A DNA stretch of 64,000 nucleotides, from the NCBI GenBank assembly GCA_045616745.1, contig JAZLHH010000056.1:11831-75830 (forward strand), read 5' to 3'. Of this stretch, positions 30,407 through 39,200 are shown piece after piece. Made by a program: the position numbers and the translations under genes. How positions within the stretch are numbered: the first letter of the stretch is position 1; each line of letters opens with the position of its first letter. The notes under the pieces are model-generated. The model saw only the letters and a program-made list of their open reading frames with translations, was not told the DNA's origin and searched no databases. This stretch comes from Candidatus Limivicinus sp. GTDB lineage: Bacteria > Bacillota > Clostridia > Oscillospirales > Oscillospiraceae.

Positions 30407-30750
30407 TGCATGAATTAGGTACAGTGGTTTACATCATCGACAGTGTCGAAAAGATCTGCAAAGAGCAGAATCTTACAACTGTAGAATCCGTTACTGTCGA
30501 AATCGGTGAGGTTTCAGCGATTGTGCCTGAATACATCGTAGATTATTTTAACTGGTCAAAAAAGAAGTCAGAGTACCTGAAAGACTCTGAAATCATTGTT
30601 GAAACACTCCCTGCTGTAACTTTTTGCCAGGAATGTAAAAAGACATATCCTACCGTAGAATTCGGTAAAGAGTGTCCTTATTGCAAAAGTGGCAATACGT
30701 TTCTGATAACCGGAAATGAATACAACATAAAACAGATTGTTGCTATGTAA
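30406..30750 (+). CDS. hypA: Nickel metallochaperone HypA-like
   Basis: MHE N-terminus (Ni-binding motif), EIGEVS, and the Zn site CQECKK...CPYCKS in a 114-aa protein. Its ATG shares one nt with the upstream TAA. Confidence 0.8.
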   Translation: MHELGTVVYIIDSVEKICKEQNLTTVESVTVEIGEVSAIVPEYIVDYFNWSKKKSEYLKDSEIIVETLPAVTFCQECKKTYPTVEFGKECPYCKSGNTFLITGNEYNIKQIVAM

Positions 30751-30756
30751 ATGAAG

Positions 30757-30781
30757 CTCCCGGAACATTCCGTTCCGGGAG
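30757..30781. terminator. Bidirectional hairpin between convergent hypA and the lipoprotein gene
   Basis: 10-bp perfect stem CTCCCGGAAC/GTTCCGGGAG with a 5-nt loop. Confidence 0.6.
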
Positions 30782-30808
30782 TGATTCTTTATGGGATTTT
30801 TGAAATAA

Positions 30809-32206
30809 TCAGAATACCGGTCCGACGAACAGGTCAACATCTACATGGTAGACAGAATCAACATTGATATCTGTGCCGGTGTAATACAGCGTGCAGGGAG
30901 CCCCGACACGAAGATCATTGTCAGGTACGGAGCATATATCCTTCAAAACCTGAACGAACACTCCGTTATCTGCCTGAATGGATACAGACGACATACCAAA
31001 ATCAACTACAGTTCCGCGGATGGAGTTATATACGACAGGACTTGTCGGAGTCGGAGCAGGAGCGGGCTTGAAGCATACGTTCAAAAAGGCGGTATTTGTT
31101 CTTGCAGACTGATTATTGCCATAGAAAGTGCAGTAAACACCGTAACCGTTCATTTCAAGAGGAACATTGGAAAGATAGAGCGTAGAATTGTTCACACCGT
31201 TCATACCGAGATAAGGGAAAGAAGCGGCGGCACTCTGCCAGGACTGTTCATAACCGTAAGGACTGACAAAAGTCCAGACGCAGCTGTCCCAGTTATCTGC
31301 TTTGGCAACAAAGCAGGCATTTTCACCCTCAAAAGGATATTCGCTGGTCGGGTCTTTCGTTATCATAAGATAACCCGGAGTAACAATGATTGTGGGCGAT
31401 GAAGTTGGAGCAGGAGTTTCTTCCGGTTTCTGCTCAGGTGCCTTCAAACCCCTGAATACCGAAAAGCTGTCGGCAAGTCTGGCAACAAGAATATTGGAAT
31501 TATACTTGAACCAGTCAAAATTCGTACCGGATTTTTCCATTTTTGCAAAAGCATTATCACCTGAAGCATTAAATTCTTCCGGAGTGATGATATTGCCGCT
31601 GGCATCTTTATACGTTACCGCAGTATGGCCGTTGATAATCTCAGTGGTTTCAGAAGCAAGATAAGATGTAGTAAATACACCGTCTTTCAAAGAAATGGAA
31701 CATCTGGCGGAGTATCCCTCGGCAGCACCGGTTTTTACGGTGTCTTTCATAATGTAAAACCAGGTATCTGTCCCTGTATCATGGTAAGTATCCGCACTTT
31801 CGACGATAACATCCGGGAGAAACTCCCCTTCTTTCAGGTTGAGATTGATTTCTTCCAGTACGTCATATGCTTTACTGACTTCATACAGTTTTCCGGAAGT
31901 GAAGTGGCCGCTTCCTTCCACTGCTGCAACGAAAAGCTCAAGTCTGTCATTATGGTCCAAATCACAGATCATGCATGACCAGTCTTCGGAGAGATTCAGG
32001 GTGGACATACTTTGCAGAATCAGATTCAACTGACTGTCAAAAGAATCAGGAGAGGTAAAATCTGCCTCTTCAGCAACCGGCTCCGGAGTAACATAGATGA
32101 CTTCCGGCGTTGGCGTAGGTGTTACAACGTTGCTGCTCACAGTTCCGCAGGCACATACGGAAATGCAGAGAACGCTGACAAGAAGGAATGTGATGAATTT
32201 TCTCAT
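30809..32206 (-). CDS. Secreted lipoprotein of unknown function
   Basis: Signal peptide with a lipobox-like end, MRKFITFLLVSVLCISVCAC, followed by Pro/Thr-rich linkers (TPTPTPE, PAPAPTPTSP). The SD AAAGGAG lies 17 nt downstream of the ABC gene stop, suggesting one operon. Confidence 0.7.
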   Translation of the reverse strand: MRKFITFLLVSVLCISVCACGTVSSNVVTPTPTPEVIYVTPEPVAEEADFTSPDSFDSQLNLILQSMSTLNLSEDWSCMICDLDHNDRLELFVAAVEGSGHFTSGKLYEVSKAYDVLEEINLNLKEGEFLPDVIVESADTYHDTGTDTWFYIMKDTVKTGAAEGYSARCSISLKDGVFTTSYLASETTEIINGHTAVTYKDASGNIITPEEFNASGDNAFAKMEKSGTNFDWFKYNSNILVARLADSFSVFRGLKAPEQKPEETPAPTSSPTIIVTPGYLMITKDPTSEYPFEGENACFVAKADNWDSCVWTFVSPYGYEQSWQSAAASFPYLGMNGVNNSTLYLSNVPLEMNGYGVYCTFYGNNQSARTNTAFLNVCFKPAPAPTPTSPVVYNSIRGTVVDFGMSSVSIQADNGVFVQVLKDICSVPDNDLRVGAPCTLYYTGTDINVDSVYHVDVDLFVGPVF

Positions 32207-32223
32207 AATTAATCTCCTTTTGA

Positions 32224-35148
32224 TTATTCAGTTCTGAGGGCTTCTACAGGATCTTTCTTTGCTGCCATTCCTGACGGAATCAGACCGGCAATGAAAGTAA
32301 GAAATACACTGACAAAAACAAGGAAAATACCGCCTATTGTCGGAAGGCTGGAGGTAAGGAACTGGATTCCGGTCAGATCACGAACAATTATTGAAATCGG
32401 AATATTGAGAAGAACTGTCAGTCCGACACCAATCAAACCTGCGAGCAATCCGACAATGAAGGTTTCTGCATTGAATACACGACTTACATCGCGTTTTGAA
32501 GCTCCAATGGCTCGAAGGATACCGATTTCCTTCGTACGCTCCAAAACGCTGATATACGTGATAATTCCTATCATTATGGAGGAAACAACCAAAGAAATGG
32601 AAACAAAGGCAATCAGAACATAACTGATTACATTCAGGATAGTCGAGATAGAGCTCATCAGAACAGCAACAATATCCGTGTATTCAATCTCATCGTCTTC
32701 ATTTTCTACAGATTCATTGTATTTTTCAATGCAGTCTGCAATGGCATCTTTGTCCTCAAAGGTTGAAGAATAAATATTGATTTTACTGGGACTGTTCAGA
32801 TCCACATAGCCAAGAGAAAGCAGTACATCTGTATAGTTGCTTTCCGAATAAACCGGCGGAATGGCATGGTCATAAATCCATAAATAATCGTCATCATCCA
32901 GTGAAAGTAATGCAAAGTCCTTACAAAGCTCAGAGTCAGACAGTTTTTCGTATTTAGCCCGCATTTCAACAGCATACTGCTCTTCAATCTGCTGCTTCAT
33001 CATTCCCTTTACATAATCAAAAAGGGTGTCATCATCCATATCTTTGAGGAAGTTGGCATATTCGGGGTAATTTTCCAAAATAAGATCTTCTATATCCTGA
33101 CGGGTGGTATCTTCCATCTGCTCATCAATCAGATCTTCGACATAATTATCTTCCGGAATTGTCATGTATTCAATGTATACGTCGGCAAGTTCTTCCTCGT
33201 TTGCATTATCAATATAATCTTTTGCAGCATCCTGCTTTTTGGAATTGGTAAGCTTCTCATCTCCTTCCAGGAAAGGAAGACCGTTAAGAATGTCTGTCTT
33301 CGGATCTTCGAGCTGGCGTTTTACCAGGTCCTTTTTTGCTGCTTCGCCGACAACATATTCTACCAAAGCATGCGTATAACCGATTTCTCCGGCAGACATG
33401 GAACCGGCAACAGCATCTTCATTTTGCCGAATAATGCCGACGATTTTGACGGGAAGACCGTTATTGAAGAGATTACGTATCACGAGTTCCTCGCTTATGT
33501 TGGAAAGGACATATTTGCTCTCTTCTTCGTTCCATTCAAACTCATCTGCTGGAAAGATATATCTGCTTTCTATATTGCAGATATCCTCATATGACCAGCT
33601 CTCCACTTCCGTACGCAGATTTTCCTGATTGATAAAGCTCTGCATGTCATCCGAGAGTGTACTGTTGGATTTCAGACCCAATGCATAAAGAACCAGATCA
33701 GAAACCTCATTGTTTTTATCAACAACAAGAATCACTTCATCGAATTTTTCCGGCCATTTACCGTAAAGAAGATCATATTGCTGCTTAATAATCGGATTGA
33801 TCAGTTCTCCGTTATCGCCGGAAAGCATTTCCTGCCAGGCGTCAGCGACAGAATAATATGAGCCGAAATTTGAAAAATAGGAACTATAGTCTCCGCCAAA
33901 AGTCAGACTCATGGCATTTTCCATGATTTCAGTAATATCTGTTTTAACAATGTTGTCATCAACATCTCTCGTATAAAGATTCATATCGAGATCATAGGAA
34001 TACTGTACAGAGGAGAGATACTGTTTGATTTCGCTGTTCGGATTATCCAGATATGCTTTAAAAGCTTCCAGATTGTTCGTCTGTTTATCGGCAGACTGGA
34101 GAGTATTAATCAGTTCGTATAGAATCGTAGAAGAATACACTCTGTCTTTTTCATGCTGCTTCTCTTCTTTTTCCGCCTGCATTCCCATCATGGAGGTCAT
34201 CATGGAAGTCATATCCATGGTTTCCGCCTCAATTGTAATCGGGTAAGAAGAAAGCGTGTCTCCCTGCACTTTGTCAATATAATTCTGAATGCCGTTGGAG
34301 AGCGACATAATCAGCGCAATACCGATGATTCCAATGGAGCCGGCAAAGGCTGTCAGAATTGTTCTCGCTTTTTTTGTCAGAAGATTATTGACAGAAAGAG
34401 ATAACGCAGTAAAAAAGCTCATGGAGGGCTTTTTTACCATTGTTTCGTCGGGAATATCCTCCGCGGAAGAATCATAAGGAGCAGAATCATCTATTACAAG
34501 TCCGTCTTTAAACCGAATGATTCTGGATGCATATTCATTGGCAAGATCCGGATTGTGCGTGACCATAATAATCAGCTTGTCTTTGGAAATCTGCTTCAGT
34601 ATTTCCATAATCTGAACTGAGGTTTCGCTGTCGAGAGCACCGGTTGGTTCATCGGCAAGAATGATATCCGGATTGTTGACAAGGGCACGGGCAATAGCGA
34701 CTCTCTGCATCTGCCCGCCGGACATCTGATTCGGCTTTTTGTCAAGCTGATCACCGAGACCGACAGCTTCCAGAGCGGCAATCGCGCGCTTTCTGCGTTC
34801 CGACTTGCTGACACCGGAGAGCGTCAGGGCTAATTCAACATTAGAGATAACGGTCTGGTGAGGAATCAGGTTATATGACTGAAACACAAAACCGATGGAG
34901 TGATTTCTGTAGGTATCCCAGTCAGAATCTTTGAAGTCCTTTGTAGATTTTCCATTGATGATCAGATCACCGGAAGTATACTGATCAAGGCCTCCAATAA
35001 TATTCAATAATGTTGTTTTCCCGCAGCCAGACTGGCCAAGTACAGCAACGAATTCATTCTCGCGGAACTCAAGACTGACTCCCTTCAACGCATGGACAAC
35101 GCTGTCCCCTGCCGGATAGTCTTTTTTGATGTCTGATAATTTAAGCAC
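32224..35148 (-). CDS. Fused ABC transporter, MacB/FtsX type (ATPase plus permease, 974 aa)
   Basis: Walker [10 protein letters not shown], signature [15 protein letters not shown], and Walker [13 protein letters not shown]. One TM helix near aa 262-281 is followed by roughly 550 aa of hydrophilic sequence, then three C-terminal TM helices typical of FtsX permeases. The start is GTG. Confidence 0.9.
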   Translation of the reverse strand: MLKLSDIKKDYPAGDSVVHALKGVSLEFRENEFVAVLGQSGCGKTTLLNIIGGLDQYTSGDLIINGKSTKDFKDSDWDTYRNHSIGFVFQSYNLIPHQTVISNVELALTLSGVSKSERRKRAIAALEAVGLGDQLDKKPNQMSGGQMQRVAIARALVNNPDIILADEPTGALDSETSVQIMEILKQISKDKLIIMVTHNPDLANEYASRIIRFKDGLVIDDSAPYDSSAEDIPDETMVKKPSMSFFTALSLSVNNLLTKKARTILTAFAGSIGIIGIALIMSLSNGIQNYIDKVQGDTLSSYPITIEAETMDMTSMMTSMMGMQAEKEEKQHEKDRVYSSTILYELINTLQSADKQTNNLEAFKAYLDNPNSEIKQYLSSVQYSYDLDMNLYTRDVDDNIVKTDITEIMENAMSLTFGGDYSSYFSNFGSYYSVADAWQEMLSGDNGELINPIIKQQYDLLYGKWPEKFDEVILVVDKNNEVSDLVLYALGLKSNSTLSDDMQSFINQENLRTEVESWSYEDICNIESRYIFPADEFEWNEEESKYVLSNISEELVIRNLFNNGLPVKIVGIIRQNEDAVAGSMSAGEIGYTHALVEYVVGEAAKKDLVKRQLEDPKTDILNGLPFLEGDEKLTNSKKQDAAKDYIDNANEEELADVYIEYMTIPEDNYVEDLIDEQMEDTTRQDIEDLILENYPEYANFLKDMDDDTLFDYVKGMMKQQIEEQYAVEMRAKYEKLSDSELCKDFALLSLDDDDYLWIYDHAIPPVYSESNYTDVLLSLGYVDLNSPSKINIYSSTFEDKDAIADCIEKYNESVENEDDEIEYTDIVAVLMSSISTILNVISYVLIAFVSISLVVSSIMIGIITYISVLERTKEIGILRAIGASKRDVSRVFNAETFIVGLLAGLIGVGLTVLLNIPISIIVRDLTGIQFLTSSLPTIGGIFLVFVSVFLTFIAGLIPSGMAAKKDPVEALRTE

Positions 35149-35189
35149 TTTACATTCTTCCTTCTAAGCGTTAATATATACAAGTTAAT

Positions 35190-35266
35190 GCCCCTGTACC
35201 TCACCGGGATAGAGGGTCCGCCTCCTAAGCGGAATGTAGCACGTTCGAGTCGTGTCAGGGGTGCCA
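35190..35266 (+). tRNA. tRNA-Arg (anticodon CCT), CCA encoded
   Basis: Manual cloverleaf: acceptor GCCCCTG/CAGGGGT (G1-U72 wobble), D stem CCTC/GAGG, anticodon stem TCCGC/GCGGA with loop CTCCTAA, and T arm GCACG-TTCGAGT-CGTGT, then GCCA. It lies on the + strand between two minus-strand genes. Confidence 0.85.
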
Positions 35267-35270
35267 TTCA

Positions 35271-35636
35271 TCAGGCCTTTTCGGCCTGATTTTTTATTGC
35301 TTCAAATGTTTCATTGGAAATGACATGTTCAATTTTGCAGGCATCTTCCTGCGCAATTTCAGCATCTACGCCGAGCCGAATCAGCAATTCAGTAATAATA
35401 GTATGCCGCTCATATATAGTGGAAGCAATCAAGCTGCCGGTAGGCGTTAAATGAATGTTCCCGTTTGGCTCGACTTCAATCAGCCCTTCATTTTTCAGAA
35501 GTCCGACGGCTCTTGATACGGAAGGCTTTGAAAAATGCATATACTCGCCAACATCAACAGAACGCACATTTTTCAGCGATTTGGATAATATTAAAATGGT
35601 TTCAAGATACATTTCACCGGATTCCTGAATCGCCAA
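35271..35636 (-). CDS. DtxR/MntR-family metal-dependent transcriptional regulator (short, 121 aa)
   Basis: GEMYLETILILS...SVDVGEYMHFSKPSVSRAVGLLKNEGLI (wHTH), followed by the dimerisation/metal-site helix region. Confidence 0.8.
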   Translation of the reverse strand: MAIQESGEMYLETILILSKSLKNVRSVDVGEYMHFSKPSVSRAVGLLKNEGLIEVEPNGNIHLTPTGSLIASTIYERHTIITELLIRLGVDAEIAQEDACKIEHVISNETFEAIKNQAEKA

Positions 35637-36195
35637 GCGTTATCCCTCCCCTGTTTATCAGATCAATTATAGCTTTCGTACTGAGATTCTGCGGTAAATG
35701 ATGCGCTTTTAAAAACTCTCTTCGCTTTTCAGAACTATCCTGTCTGCCGGCGAGTCCAAGTTGGTACAAGTCATTATAACTTACTTTCACAGTACTTTTT
35801 GTATCATTTTCGTTAAATTTTACACCGGCACAAGAAAGAGCTGAGACAATAACATCAGAAGAGACTCCCTCGACTCCCAAATAGCCTTCTTTTGAAGGAT
35901 GGGATTTTCTTTTTTCACATCCCTTAATCTGCGGAATATAAGCATTTACAATCCTTGTCGGTTTAACAAAAGATTTCACGTAATTTCGAATCATCAATCC
36001 TGCAGAATCCGAGTCAGTAAGAATAATCAGCCCTTTCTCCTCTGCTAATTGGTGAATCATTTCTCTCTTCTCTTTACTTTTGAAAATACGGAATCCTTCC
36101 GTATCTACAACCAAAGCGTCAACAGAAGAGAGTACTCTTTCTTTGTCAAATTTTCCCTCTACAAGAATAACTTCCTTAACCGATGGTTTTGCCAA
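35614..36195 (-). CDS. rnmV: Ribonuclease M5 (Toprim domain)
   Basis: VILVEGKFDKERV and ILTDSDSAGLMIR Toprim motifs. Confidence 0.8.
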   Translation of the reverse strand: MAKPSVKEVILVEGKFDKERVLSSVDALVVDTEGFRIFKSKEKREMIHQLAEEKGLIILTDSDSAGLMIRNYVKSFVKPTRIVNAYIPQIKGCEKRKSHPSKEGYLGVEGVSSDVIVSALSCAGVKFNENDTKSTVKVSYNDLYQLGLAGRQDSSEKRREFLKAHHLPQNLSTKAIIDLINRGGITLGDSGIR

Positions 36196-37213
36196 CTTTA
36201 TCCTCCGCTATTATCATGACGACAAGGTCGGTAAGAATTTCATTTTCTGAAATCTGTGATGTTTTAAATCTGTATTCAGATTCGACAATTCTTCTTACAA
36301 TGGATCTGAGTTGAGGAACAGAAAAGTTCTTTGCCGAACCGATCACGAGTTTTGCCCGATAATCGGAATTTGTGCCGATAATTTTCATGATTTCAGAAAC
36401 ACTGAGCTTCTGTCGGATTGCAAGACGAACAGCAAATAGCTGCCGAAACGTATAACCCAGGGAAGCGATAACCCCCAACGGTGAATTATCCCGGTCACCC
36501 AGTATTTCCGAAAGATACGCCACGGCTGAATTGTACTTCTTTTCCGAAATCAGATTTGCCAATTCAAAAGTTTTTGATTCCGGAATATGGTGTGCAATTC
36601 GATTCACGTCTTCCACGGTGACCGTTCCGCCGATGCAAAAGGCAGAAAGCTTTTCAATTTCCGGAATTAAACCGTTCATATATTCCCCGGAAACAAAAAC
36701 CAGACGCTGAACAGCATTGCTTTCAATCTTAACATTATGAGAAGCAAAGCGTTTTTCAATCCATTTAAACAGTTTATCACTGCTTTGCGATGAAAACTCC
36801 AGACAGTTTGCATTTGTTTTCAGGAATTTAATTGCTTTTAAACGGGAATCCGGCTCATAATCGGTATCCGCTGCCAAACAGACACAAACATAATCCGGCA
36901 GTTCTGAGAGAATTTTAATGATACTTTCCGGGATTTTATTGGCGTCGCAGGATGTAACTTCTATAAAGCTCTTTTCTGTGAGAAACGGAATAGTATCTAC
37001 GGCATTAAGGAGCTCCTGCTCGTCCGGAATTCCGTTGAACTTGTAATATCCGAAGCCTTCTTCTGTTCCGATACAACGCTCCTTCAATTTGGAAACGAAA
37101 AGGTTTCTTAAATAGTCCTCTTTTCCAAATATAAAATATAACAGACCGGGACCGTCTGAATTCAATTTTTTGAGCTCCAGATTATAATCTGCACTTTCAT
37201 TTTTTTTAATCAT
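36176..37213 (-). CDS. holA: DNA polymerase III delta subunit
   Basis: LYFIFGKEDYL N-terminus and ~345 aa, in the conserved comEC-holA order. Confidence 0.8.
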   Translation of the reverse strand: MIKKNESADYNLELKKLNSDGPGLLYFIFGKEDYLRNLFVSKLKERCIGTEEGFGYYKFNGIPDEQELLNAVDTIPFLTEKSFIEVTSCDANKIPESIIKILSELPDYVCVCLAADTDYEPDSRLKAIKFLKTNANCLEFSSQSSDKLFKWIEKRFASHNVKIESNAVQRLVFVSGEYMNGLIPEIEKLSAFCIGGTVTVEDVNRIAHHIPESKTFELANLISEKKYNSAVAYLSEILGDRDNSPLGVIASLGYTFRQLFAVRLAIRQKLSVSEIMKIIGTNSDYRAKLVIGSAKNFSVPQLRSIVRRIVESEYRFKTSQISENEILTDLVVMIIAEDKVGKTIG

Positions 37214-38802
37214 GACAGCTTAATTTCTACCGTTCCGTTCAAATCTGTTCTGTAGATTCTGTAATTACTATCTTCAAGTCTGTTCAGAGTTTCCTGTGTC
37301 GGGTGCCCGTAACGATTTACCCCGGTGCTGATTACAGCAATATCTGCATCAACTGATTCAAGGAAATCAGCAGAACTTGAGTTTCTGGATCCATGATGTC
37401 CAACAATCAATAAATCGAAATCCTTCAGATGAAGTGCATCGATAAATTGCTCTTCCCGATCTGAGGGTGAATCACCTGTGACGAGCATGGAATAATCCTC
37501 TATGGAAACCAGCGCTATTACACAGGCTTCATTTTCATTTTCTCCTTCTTCCGGAGAATACATCTCAATATGAATCTCGCCGATATCTGCATAAGAATCA
37601 GTCTGAAGATAAGTAATCAGTGTTCCATGTTCACGGGCGGATTTTTCTATTTTTTTCAGATAATCCGGATTGTTATCTCCGTATGCCGGAACAACGATTT
37701 CATGAATATCAACATATTGATACAGAGCTTCCAAGCCGTTCATATGATCAGCGTGAAGATGCGTAAAAAGAAGCAAATCAACAGAATATCTGCCGCAGGA
37801 CAAAAGATATTCACCGGTATTCATTCCTGCTGTATTATCACCGCCACAGTCAACAAGAACGGTTTCCTGTCCGTTCATAACCGCGAGAGACTGACCTTGT
37901 CCGACATCAATTACGGAAAAAACACCGCGATAATTCTCATAGGAAAACTTTGAAGCTCCCAGCATCACTGCCAAAGAGACAAGGCTGCCAATCAGCGGAA
38001 CGTACCAGCGTATGTGACAGAATCGGGAAACGGCAACCAGAAGATATACCAGGAGAACCCAAAGCAAAGCAAAAGTGCATTTCGTATATATACAGGAAAA
38101 AGGAATGGCGGAAATGCATTTTGCAACACATAATATATACTTTGCTACAAAACTGACGGGAACAGCAAGCCACTTTCCTATTACCGGAATCAGGGAGAAC
38201 CAGCCGCCACAAAAGCAAAGCGAAACCGCAAACAACACAAAGATATTTGTAATCGGACTGAGAATCTGAACGCTGCTGAAATGCCAGGCAGTCAAGGGTA
38301 CGGTGAATACCATACATGCAAGGCTGGAAGAAAGAATTCCTGCAAAATATTGCAGTATTCTGTTTTTTGCATGAATCTTATCATAGATTGGAGATGCAAA
38401 CAGCATGATTCCTGCCATTGCACCGAAACTTAACTGAAATCCGATATCCAGAACAGCTTTGGGCCAAATCAGTTCGATAATTATGAAAGACAGCAGCAAT
38501 GAACGACCGGAATCATTTTCTCTTTTGAAAACCGGGGCAAGAAGGCATATTGTCTGCATAATGGCAGCTCTGATTGCCGAAAAAGGAAATCCGGCAAGAA
38601 CCACAAACAGCCAGATCAGCACGATGCTGACTAAAGAACTTTTTTTGTTACGTCCAAAAAGCAATTGAATGCAGCCGGCCAAGAAAGAAATGTGCATACC
38701 CGAAATAGCAACAACATGCATAATGCCGGCTCTGGACATAGTAATGTATAAAGATTTATCTAGATAGAAGTCGCTTTTCTCTCCGAGCAAAAGCGACTTC
38801 AT
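37210..38802 (-). CDS. comEC: ComEC/Rec2 DNA internalisation protein lacking the usual N-terminal module
   Basis: Competence-domain motif HVVAISGMHISFLAG at aa ~30, multiple TM helices, and a C-terminal metallo-beta-lactamase domain (FTHLHADHMNG, GHHGS). Confidence 0.85.
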   Translation of the reverse strand: MKSLLLGEKSDFYLDKSLYITMSRAGIMHVVAISGMHISFLAGCIQLLFGRNKKSSLVSIVLIWLFVVLAGFPFSAIRAAIMQTICLLAPVFKRENDSGRSLLLSFIIIELIWPKAVLDIGFQLSFGAMAGIMLFASPIYDKIHAKNRILQYFAGILSSSLACMVFTVPLTAWHFSSVQILSPITNIFVLFAVSLCFCGGWFSLIPVIGKWLAVPVSFVAKYILCVAKCISAIPFSCIYTKCTFALLWVLLVYLLVAVSRFCHIRWYVPLIGSLVSLAVMLGASKFSYENYRGVFSVIDVGQGQSLAVMNGQETVLVDCGGDNTAGMNTGEYLLSCGRYSVDLLLFTHLHADHMNGLEALYQYVDIHEIVVPAYGDNNPDYLKKIEKSAREHGTLITYLQTDSYADIGEIHIEMYSPEEGENENEACVIALVSIEDYSMLVTGDSPSDREEQFIDALHLKDFDLLIVGHHGSRNSSSADFLESVDADIAVISTGVNRYGHPTQETLNRLEDSNYRIYRTDLNGTVEIKLS

Positions 38803-38858
38803 AAAGACTTCGACGCTGCCCGAATATAAACACTCTATTCGGTTAATCAGCCAATCTT

Positions 38859-39200
38859 TCAGATTATATTTTCTCCCAACTTTTTACCGCCAATCAGGTG
38901 GAAATGCAGATGCATAACCGTCTGACCGCCATCTTCTCCGCAGTTGTTGATAATGCGATACCCGTTTTCCAGGCCTTCCGACCTGGCAATTGTCGGAATG
39001 GCTTCGAAAATTCTGGCCACATACATGGAATTCTCGGGCGTAATGCAGCCGGCACAGCAGATGTGCGTTTTCGGAACGACAATAATATGTACCGGAGCCT
39101 GCGGGTTGATGTCGCGAAAAGCGTAGACAAATTCATCTTCATAAACCTTGGACGAAGGGATTTCTCCGTCGATAATTTTGCAGAAAATACAATCTTCCAT
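38859..39200 (-). CDS. HIT-family nucleotide hydrolase
   Basis: CIFCKII N-terminus and the histidine triad HLHFHLIGG. Confidence 0.9.
   Translation of the reverse strand: MEDCIFCKIIDGEIPSSKVYEDEFVYAFRDINPQAPVHIIVVPKTHICCAGCITPENSMYVARIFEAIPTIARSEGLENGYRIINNCGEDGGQTVMHLHFHLIGGKKLGENII

Noticed and set aside
35085-35267. 60-aa ORF (MAPLTRLERATFRLGGG...) between the ABC gene and the mntR-like gene
   Set aside because: It is the antisense translation of tRNA-Arg(CCT). The DNA folds into a complete cloverleaf on the + strand.
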